A DNA stretch of 64,000 nucleotides from positions 207,031 through 271,030 of the forward strand of contig CAKRZE010000001.1 in assembly GCA_934432725.1 (NCBI GenBank). The letters are read 5' to 3'. The notes below the pieces were generated by a model. The model did no database searches. It worked only from the letters and a program-made list of their open reading frames with translations, and was not told where the DNA came from. The translations under genes were made by a program, and so were the position numbers. This stretch comes from an uncultured Eubacteriales bacterium (GTDB taxonomy: Bacteria > Bacillota > Clostridia > Oscillospirales > CAG-272). Positions 56,555 through 63,817 of this stretch are shown here, one piece after another (the stretch's first letter is position 1; every line of letters starts with the position of its first letter).

Positions 56555-56933
56555 TGCCCCTCCTTTGCTGACAATACAGCCCTCACTCTTACAGATCACC
56601 GCATGCGGAACTGATTCATCGTCTGCCATTTTTCCCTTAGAATCTAAGGTTTTTCTGTAAAACGCAATATCTTCATCATGAATAGTCCTACTATCAATAA
56701 ATTTATCATCCAATTTCTGAAATATCCTATAACTCTGAAAAAACGGTGATTTGGAGCACATGCGTATTGTCGCAGACCGCGATGACATCTCCCTGAAGGT
56801 TCGTGATATAGAAATTCAGAAGGATGTCCCCGTCATTTTCATCGTACCGCAGGCAGTATGTGGGCGAACCGTTCTCATCATAGAAGTATTCGATCCAGTT
56901 ATTCCCCCACGTTTCACGCAAAAGCTGCGTGCC
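56555..56933 (-). pseudogene. recombination scar: truncated RHS core fragment fused to an internal fragment of a 63248-63817-like gene
   Basis: 56766-56933 encodes (T)QLLRETWGNNWIEYFYDENG...VCDNTHV, then breaks. 56630-56765 is ~90% identical at the DNA level to 63506-63643. Confidence 0.7.
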
Positions 56934-57026
56934 GCTTTGCCGAGAGCAGGCAGGTTTGCCTGCTCTCGGGCTACTTGATGAAGGAATAACAATGGAGAAA
57001 AACAGGTTTTACGTTAGTGTGGAGGG
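56934..57026 (-). repeat. conserved cassette-junction element, copy A (13-bp-stem hairpin)
   Basis: ~95 bp shared with 58538-58632 and 62134-62230. Hairpin cCGAGAGCAGGCA-ggtt-TGCCTGCTCTCGg at 56940-56969. Confidence 0.8.
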
Positions 57027-57485
57027 TCACCGCTTTCTAATGTTTGTGTGCCACTTTTTTTCATACGGTTTTATATAAACTTTATCAAAACCTCGCGGCA
57101 ACCTATAATGATGATACACTAGTATCTCAGGAAGTTCATGTATCGCATCCACAAAATCATATGCTTGTTCATTTTTTCGATTCTTTAATAAATCCAATAC
57201 ATGCTCAATGCAATTCGTCAATAAAGCATATATTTTTTCATCATACAAAAAATCTCTATGAACATAATAATTATACGTAAAAGCGAATTCATATCGAAGA
57301 TCGCTAGAATCTACAACTGTTACTAATTTCTTACGTATAATATTGTCTGTATATGTTTTGTCACACCCTTTTTTTAACACTTGATGTATTTGATCCAATA
57401 TCATAATGTTATTTTCATGGTTCACATCCATTCTAATAACCATTAAAACATACGATATATCATACAGATCATTATCGTCTATCAT
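57027..57485 (-). CDS. putative immunity protein for the toxin tip at 57488-58066
   Basis: 152-aa AT-rich ORF. Its ATG lies 2 nt after the toxin stop (TAAagATG). Confidence 0.65.
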   Translation of the reverse strand: MIDDNDLYDISYVLMVIRMDVNHENNIMILDQIHQVLKKGCDKTYTDNIIRKKLVTVVDSSDLRYEFAFTYNYYVHRDFLYDEKIYALLTNCIEHVLDLLKNRKNEQAYDFVDAIHELPEILVYHHYRLPRGFDKVYIKPYEKKWHTNIRKR

Positions 57486-57487
57486 CT

Positions 57488-58537
57488 TTACCCCCTGTAT
57501 GCATATACAAATACATCAACAGCTTTTTTGGCTTTAATTGCATATGCAACCCTATGATTACCATTCAAAATAACAACATCAATACCAACCTCCACCATAT
57601 GATCCCCGCCAAATTTTATTGCATTATTCATACGATAAGGATCCAATGTTGAAAATTTTTTCTTTGGTATTAATGTTTTTGGATCAACCCCATACTGTGG
57701 TCCGGTCACTCCGGGCTTAAAAGGCACTCCTATTTTAGGAGACAATTTTTCCACTATATTTCCAGCAAGTTTGCTCGCGCCATAACCAACAGCCGCTTTA
57801 GTTGTTCCCCATGCAAATGATTTTGCTGCATCCGCAACATCATCTATCTCACCATCAATTGCATCCATTACAACTTCAGTAATACCAGATACCACACATC
57901 CAGCCACTGGTCCTACAGCTGAAGTAATAGCACCGGATACCGCTGCCACACCACCCCTATTCCAATTTATTTCAGATATAGAATTACCTGAAAGAAGCTG
58001 TCCAACAACCTCTAAACCAGCAGAAACCACGGCACCTGCAATTATGTGCCAAAACTCGCCGCCTCCGTCAGCACGGACAACGGGGTTATTGTCACAATAA
58101 GCATACAGGTTTTTATCGGTCAGAGCAGATGGGGACGCCATCAGAATTTCAGCCGAATCCGGCGATATCATTCTTCCGATCTCAGGATCGTAATACCGAC
58201 TGGATACGTAGTACAGCCCCGTTTCGCTGTCGTAGACATAGCCTCTGTAGCGCAGACTGTTCCACGATGCCGCGTTGGTCGCGTTCGTCACATCGTCGCC
58301 GTTTGTGTTTGTGACGGAAAGCAGCTTGCCCCATGCGTCATAATGGTAGAAGAACCGCGGCACATGCGTATTGTCGCACATCGCAATGACATCGCCTTGC
58401 AGATTCGTCACAAAGAAGCTGAGCTGAAGGAAGCCCACACGCTCGTCATACCGCAGCATGTACGACGGTACGCCGTTTTCGTCGTAATAATATTCGACCC
58501 AGTTATTCCCCCACGATTCACGCAGAAGCTGCGTGCC
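57488..58537 (-). CDS. orphan RHS C-terminal fragment with ~190-aa toxin tip (possible ParB/Srx-like nuclease end); no own start codon evident
   Basis: RHS core end: GTQLLRESWGNNWVEYYYDENG...YYVSSRYYDPEIGRMISPDS...NLYAYCDNNPVVRAD. A Gly/Ala-rich linker follows, then ...VVILNGNHRVAYAIKAKKAVDVFVY. RHS homology starts abruptly at 58537. Confidence 0.65.
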   Translation of the reverse strand, partial: GTQLLRESWGNNWVEYYYDENGVPSYMLRYDERVGFLQLSFFVTNLQGDVIAMCDNTHVPRFFYHYDAWGKLLSVTNTNGDDVTNATNAASWNSLRYRGYVYDSETGLYYVSSRYYDPEIGRMISPDSAEILMASPSALTDKNLYAYCDNNPVVRADGGGEFWHIIAGAVVSAGLEVVGQLLSGNSISEINWNRGGVAAVSGAITSAVGPVAGCVVSGITEVVMDAIDGEIDDVADAAKSFAWGTTKAAVGYGASKLAGNIVEKLSPKIGVPFKPGVTGPQYGVDPKTLIPKKKFSTLDPYRMNNAIKFGGDHMVEVGIDVVILNGNHRVAYAIKAKKAVDVFVYAYRG

Positions 58538-58632
58538 GCTTTGCCGAGAGCAGGCAGGTTTGCCTGCTCTCGGTCTGCTTGATGGAAGAATAACAATGAA
58601 GAAAAGCAAGTTTTTCGTTCGTATGGAGGGGT
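58538..58632 (-). repeat. conserved cassette-junction element, copy B
   Basis: Same ~95-bp element. Perfect hairpin at 58544-58573. Confidence 0.8.
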
Positions 58633-58665
58633 ACTTCTTTCTTCATTTTCCAAGCAAATTAGTTT

Positions 58666-59052
58666 TCACTTACTCAATGGTCTAAATTCAGTAATAACAA
58701 TATTCTCAATTACATTGCCATTATCCTCAAATATCACCCGAAGTTTAGCGAAAAAAGCACTTCCCATATCATTTTTCAAGATGCAATATATCATATATTC
58801 ATTTGATGAAATCTGCTCCATTCTTTTGATATTCTTTTGATCAGGAGCAACGGAAACAATATTGCCACATTTTTCGAAAAACGTGGGGGCGTCTTTCACA
58901 TATTCTGTTATCAACTGACATAAACCATCCGCCTTCATTTTTTTCGACCAATACCCTGTCAAGGAAAAAACAAGAATGTTCATCATACAAAATAATACAA
59001 TTGCACATACTACAAACACCCGAATTTGAGTTTTTCGTTTCATGCTACTCAT
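58666..59052 (-). CDS. small N-terminally membrane-anchored protein (paralog of 42302-42673)
   Basis: ATG 59052 (MSSMKRKTQIRVFVVCAIVLFCMMNILVFSLTGYWSKKMKADGLCQ...). It sits between cassettes inside the RHS array and is AT-rich. Confidence 0.6.
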   Translation of the reverse strand: MSSMKRKTQIRVFVVCAIVLFCMMNILVFSLTGYWSKKMKADGLCQLITEYVKDAPTFFEKCGNIVSVAPDQKNIKRMEQISSNEYMIYCILKNDMGSAFFAKLRVIFEDNGNVIENIVITEFRPLSK

Positions 59053-59163
59053 TTCTTGAAGCACCTCTCAAAGAACTTGGTCAAATTCAACCCAGCGCTA
59101 AAATATGCACCGCCAATCGCGTGAATTCCTCCAAAAACAGAACTCAAGACAGCAATCGTATAG

Positions 59164-59571
59164 TCAAATGATAATTTCAATATCTACTCCTTTTGATACA
59201 ATATGCAATTCACCTCCCGAAAACATTTGAAACAGCAAGTAAAGACAGGATTCCATACATTCGCTGTTTTTTGGAAGATACGTCTTCAGATATGAAAAAT
59301 CTTCTTCCACAGTTAGCGAAATGATTGTTTCAGAACTTCCATATTTATCGCCCTTAATTGCAAATGCAATTTCTATACCATGAAAGATTAAGATAATCTT
59401 AACATTAAAAATCGGATTAATTAATTCGATTTTTATATTATCTTCACCACATTGATATTGGATATTTTTAAACTTCGCATCATGGACATAACTATTGTAC
59501 AGTAGTTCTTTTAATTCCCGGAGATTACCCTTATCGTATTTTAGCACATCTTCACCTTCATCATTATCCAT
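59164..59571 (-). CDS. putative immunity protein for the toxin tip at 59564-60091
   Basis: ATG 59571 overlaps the last codons and stop of the toxin ORF (ATGGATAA). About 135 aa and AT-rich. Confidence 0.6.
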   Translation of the reverse strand: MDNDEGEDVLKYDKGNLRELKELLYNSYVHDAKFKNIQYQCGEDNIKIELINPIFNVKIILIFHGIEIAFAIKGDKYGSSETIISLTVEEDFSYLKTYLPKNSECMESCLYLLFQMFSGGELHIVSKGVDIEIII

Positions 59572-60727
59572 ATGGAAAATAGATTGTTGCATATGGTTCT
59601 GGCACAATAGTTCCCGGATAATAATGCCCTGTGCCGTATATGTGATAATGTGGACCATTTGCATAAATAGGGTTTTCATCCCATCGAAACACTTCGGTAT
59701 CCGTAAGAGGATTCATCCAACTAATAAATGCCCCATTCTTTGTCCCTGCTCTAAATACTTTAACTAATCCAACCGGATTGAAAGTATTTGGATCTACAGG
59801 AAAAATAACTGACCTGTCAGGCTCTTTGGGAGTTGCTATGTCTTCCGATTTTTCTTCAGATTTCGGAACAGAAATATCTGGATATTTCGTGGCTTGATAA
59901 ATTCCATATCCTATAGCACTTGCAGTTAACAACGCAGCACCAGCCACGGCAACAGCATCTCCAAATGGAAGCGGTCCATCAACCGCAGCCACGCCCCCGC
60001 ACCCCGCATAAGCAGGAGACATAACGCCCATTGCTTTTCTGATTTCGGCAGCAGCTGTTTTAGCAAATTCCCATATTTCGCTCCAAAGTTTTCCCGTATA
60101 GTCAACCCTATTTACAGAATTATTTCCACAATAAGCAAACATGTTAGTGCCCAACACATTGTGCCCTGTAGAACATAACTATCCGGACTAATCCACCGAC
60201 CGATCTCAGGATCGTAATACCGACTGGATACGTAGTACAGCCCCGTTTCCCTATCGTAAACATACCCGCGATAAAGAAGCGTATTCCAGCCCGCAGAGTT
60301 ATCCGTGCTTGTGACAACGTTGCCGTTGACATCCGTCACGGAAAGCAGCTTGCCCCATGCATCGTAGTGATAGAAGAACCGCAGCGCGTGCGTATTGTCG
60401 CACATCGCAATGATATCGCCCTGAAGGTTCGTCACAAAGAAGCTGAGCTGAAGGAAGCCTACCCGCTCGTCATACCGCAGCATGTACGACGGTACGCCGT
60501 TTTCATCGTAATAATATTCAACCCAGTTATTCCCCCACGATTCACGCAAAAGCTGCGTGCCGTCGAAGATATACTGATGCTCCACGCCGTCAACCGTCTT
60601 GGACATCCGGATGCCGTCCGCGTTATACGCATAGCTGTAGGTTTTTCCTCCTACCGTTGCGCTTTGCAGCTGTCTGCCGTTCTGCCATGTGAACGTATAC
60701 CGCCTGCCGTTGTAATAGCTCAGCGCT
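59564..60727 (-). pseudogene. orphan RHS C-terminal fragment plus toxin tip, interrupted by a frameshift
   Basis: Frame A runs QALSYYNGRRYTFTWQNGRQL...YYVSSRYYDPEIGRWISPDS and then goes out of frame. Frame C continues NVLGTNMFAYCGNNSVNRVDYTG...GPHYHIYGTGHYYPG. The shift lies within 60161-60177. Confidence 0.7.
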
Positions 60728-60728
60728 T

Positions 60729-60814
60729 GTCAGGAGCACTCCTGACACCTTTAAGGGCTTGGAATTATCCCAGAGGTCTGCCTTTTGTCCCCAAAGGGCA
60801 ATGCTGGCTGGGAT
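60729..60814. repeat. alternative cassette junction with two palindromes
   Basis: Perfect palindrome GTCAGGAG-ca-CTCCTGAC (60729-60746) and ATCCCAG...CTGGGAT arms (60767-60814). Confidence 0.6.
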
Positions 60815-60842
60815 AGTTATACTATAATTTCATAACTCGCCT

Positions 60843-61148
60843 CTATTCTGTAACAAATATCACATAAAATGAATTTCCGTTTGTTCTTATATAATTTGAA
60901 ATATATTCAAATGCAACCTTAATACTACATTCGACATTGAATTTGGAATCCCGACTGGATTCCATGTTATAATACCAACTATCATAGTTGTATTCCAATT
61001 TTTCTGTCAGAATATCCCCCCCTAAAACGATTTTCTTTTTGATTTTAAAATGCTTAAGGATTAAAATAGCATCTTCTATCATCCAAGCCGTTTCAGTATT
61101 GGAAAAATCCACAGAAGTGATTGTTTTATTTCCAATAGTAATTTTCAT
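60843..61148 (-). CDS. putative immunity protein for the toxin tip at 61153-61656
   Basis: 101-aa AT-rich ORF starting 4 nt after the toxin stop. Confidence 0.6.
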   Translation of the reverse strand: MKITIGNKTITSVDFSNTETAWMIEDAILILKHFKIKKKIVLGGDILTEKLEYNYDSWYYNMESSRDSKFNVECSIKVAFEYISNYIRTNGNSFYVIFVTE

Positions 61149-61152
61149 CTAC

Positions 61153-62133
61153 TCACCTCATCTTCCTAAAAAAACGGTGATTGCACAAACCATTAGGTTC
61201 TAAAATGTACTCAAAAACGCCGGGCGTATTATTTATACTTCCAGGCAGTTCAATCAAATTGCGCATAATACCGTCACCACCTTTTAATGGACGCCCCGAA
61301 TTAATATCAACAAATGTATCAATAACTGACGGAAAAGCGTGATTTAAATCTGCCGCATTATTCATTTGTTTTATAACCTTATCAGTATATCTAATACCGC
61401 TCGCGGATGTGTCAACGATATTCTCAACCCTATTTGCTGTTTTTGCTATATCATGTGTTGTATCTACCACATCAGCGACTTTATTAACCGTTTTAACAGC
61501 TCATGTCACTTCACCAACGCCTGTTACAAACGGAATAAGATCAATTGCATCTCCTGCTAATCCCGCCCATGCCCAAGGATCTGTTGGATTGACACAAACC
61601 TCAACAATACTCGCTCCAAGAGAAATAACATCAAAAACAGTTTCCCAGAGCTGACCGCCGTAGTCAACTCTTACAACAGGATTATTGTCACAATATGCAT
61701 ACAGATTTTTATCGGTCAGAGCAGATGGGGACGCCATCAGAATTTCAGCCGAATCCGGCGATATCATTCTTCCGATCTCAGGATCATAATACCGACTGGA
61801 TACGTAGTACAGCCCCGTTTCCCTATCGTAAACATACCCGCGACAAAGAAGCGTATTCCAGCCTGCGGAGTTATCCGTGCTTGTGACAACGTTGCCGTTG
61901 ACATCCGTCACGGAAAGCAGCTTGCCCCATGCGTCATAATGGTAGAAGAACCGCAGCGCGTGCGTATTGTCGCAGACTGCGATGACATCTCCCTGAAGGT
62001 TCGTGATATAGAAATTCAGAAGGATATCCCCGTCATTTTCATCATACCGCAGGCAGTATGTGGGCGAACCGTTCTCATCATAGAAGTATTCGACCCAGTT
62101 ATTCCCCCACGATTCACGCAAAAGCTGCGTGCC
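61153..62133 (-). pseudogene. orphan RHS C-terminal fragment, TG-motif pre-toxin linker and toxin tip, with an in-frame TGA
   Basis: ...NLYAYCDNNPVVRVDYGG...DLIPFVTGVGEVT-TGA(61503-61501)-AVKTVNKVADVVDTTHDIAKT...GVFEYILEPNGLCNHRFFRKMR. Both halves are in the same frame. Confidence 0.7.
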
Positions 62134-62230
62134 GCTTTACCGAGAGCAGGCAGGTTTGCCTGCTCGCGGGTTGCTTAATGGAAGAATAACAATGGAAAAA
62201 AGCAGGTTTTGCGTTAGTATGGAAGGGGCC
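62134..62230 (-). repeat. conserved cassette-junction element, copy D
   Basis: Same ~95-bp element. Hairpin at 62140-62169 with one mismatch. Confidence 0.8.
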
Positions 62231-62260
62231 CCGTCCTCTTTTTGCATTATTTCATGACAG

Positions 62261-62494
62261 TCAATCGTTTTTTGAATATATACTAACGAGTTGATTTAAC
62301 ATATATTGCAATGCATCACTTTCTGAAGGAAACCCCATACAATCATACTCCACTCCCCTTTCTCTGACAAATGTTTCCCAACAAAGTCGATTTTTGCGGA
62401 TATTATATCCCTCATTTACACTATTATTAAAAGAAACAATTTCGGGAGAAATTCCGTTCTTTTTCAGTTGATCACCAAACTCAGCTCTGTCCAT
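62261..62494 (-). CDS. small hypothetical protein (immunity-like)
   Basis: 77-aa AT-rich ORF (MDRAEFGDQLKKNGISPEIV...) directly upstream of junction element D. Confidence 0.5.
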   Translation of the reverse strand: MDRAEFGDQLKKNGISPEIVSFNNSVNEGYNIRKNRLCWETFVRERGVEYDCMGFPSESDALQYMLNQLVSIYSKND

Positions 62495-62617
62495 ATCATA
62501 TCAACCCAATGCTCAACGTCTCAAAACTAATCATAATCGGTCACCGCGTAAATGATATGTCTTCATATCGCCCTCATCTTTTCCTGACACGAAAAACCAA
62601 ACCTCCTACAATTGCAC

Positions 62618-63058
62618 TCACACAGCAGGATGATAAAACTCAATTTTTCCCATATGGTTCTCAATAGAGCGCCATCTGAGCTTTGAAGCACAAATTACAG
62701 TACCCGTATACTCATCCAAATCGGATTCCGTCATATCACCGCAATCGCACCAATAAATATTTTCATCTTTCATAATCATTGTGGAATCCAATATTTCACA
62801 GGTGTAATTTTCATCAACCGGAAAAAGCCGGACGTATTTCAAACCCTCAAATTCCATCTCTATCATAGAATCCTTTTCGAATTGCCGTTGAATAAGAACA
62901 CGCAACACCCTGCGATTATTCAACGGATACATGGAAAGATCAGCATCAACATATGCACCGCTTACATAGCTCATTTCTTTTATACAGCTATCGTGAAAAT
63001 TGCATACTTTTTCCATAAACTTCAGCATTTCATCGTAAGTATTGATTATCTCCCACAT
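62618..63058 (-). CDS. hypothetical protein (immunity-like)
   Basis: Trimmed to ATG 63058 (MWEIINTYDEMLKFMEKV..., AAAGGG SD). About 146 aa and AT-rich. Confidence 0.55.
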   Translation of the reverse strand: MWEIINTYDEMLKFMEKVCNFHDSCIKEMSYVSGAYVDADLSMYPLNNRRVLRVLIQRQFEKDSMIEMEFEGLKYVRLFPVDENYTCEILDSTMIMKDENIYWCDCGDMTESDLDEYTGTVICASKLRWRSIENHMGKIEFYHPAV

Positions 63059-63247
63059 AAAGCACCCTTTTTCATAATCATCCAAATATCAAGACCAAAC
63101 CCCGTCCCCGGTTCCTGACAGTCCGGGCAAGAAATCATCAACAAAGCCATTGATTACTATGTAGTCACCGCAAATAAGTTATCCTATTTAAGCCCTCCGA
63201 ACGCCAATATGAAAATAACACCACGAATAAGTCTGCACACAGCCGCT

Positions 63248-63817
63248 TTACTTTCTTTCAATTGCACAATATTTCGTTATTATCGCTGTTAATGGCGCAA
63301 AAACCCCCATGTCATTAACATAAATCTCCATCTCCTTGGCTCCAAACATCGAAACATATACGGGTGCCGAGAATTTAAGCCGTTGCCTACAGGATTTCGG
63401 ACTTTTAAACGATTCTTTGCAGTGTTGTGTCAGTTCGCTTATATCTTTTACGGCGACATATTCCATATCAACATTTTCCATGCAAAGAGACTCCTTGAAA
63501 ACCTCGTCCGCCATTTTTCTCTTAGGATCTAAGGTTTCTCTGTAAAACGCAATATCTTCATCATGAATAGTCCTCCTCTCAATAAATTCATCATCCAATT
63601 TCTGAAATATCATATAACTTCGAAAAAAGCCGGTAATTGGAATTACATAACTATATCCCAATACTTTTCTAGTTTCATAAAAGGAATACAAATGATATCT
63701 GCTGTTCAAAAACTGATTAATATCCCACACCATATCGTTTTTGATTCGGTTTTTGTCAGAACTGCCAGGTGCCCATATTGAAATATTATTTTCCCGGATA
63801 CGGTAAATGTTATGCAT
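63248..63817 (-). CDS. hypothetical protein (immunity-like); an internal 135 bp is duplicated at 56630-56765
   Basis: Trimmed to ATG 63817 (MHNIYRIRENN, AAAGGAG SD 8 nt upstream). About 189 aa and AT-rich. Confidence 0.55.
   Translation of the reverse strand: MHNIYRIRENNISIWAPGSSDKNRIKNDMVWDINQFLNSRYHLYSFYETRKVLGYSYVIPITGFFRSYMIFQKLDDEFIERRTIHDEDIAFYRETLDPKRKMADEVFKESLCMENVDMEYVAVKDISELTQHCKESFKSPKSCRQRLKFSAPVYVSMFGAKEMEIYVNDMGVFAPLTAIITKYCAIERK

Noticed and set aside
56934-57026. Idea that the junction elements are integron attC sites.
   Set aside because: No RYYYAAC/GTTRRRY core sites can be fitted, there is no intI-like integrase in the window, and the hairpin is a perfect short stem rather than the bulged attC fold. 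The possibility of another kind of recombination site is kept as a finding, but not as an integron.
56985-57060. Plus-strand mini-ORF starting inside each junction element (MEKNRFYVSVEG..., MKKSKFFVRMEG..., MEKSRFCVSMEG...) with a GAAGGAA SD-like sequence.
   Set aside because: The peptide similarity is fully explained by the ~85% DNA identity of the element. The ORFs diverge and terminate erratically as soon as the element ends.
61501-61503. TGA read as selenocysteine.
   Set aside because: I see no SECIS-like hairpin immediately downstream, and there is no biological rationale for Sec in a linker. A nonsense mutation or a sequencing error is more parsimonious.
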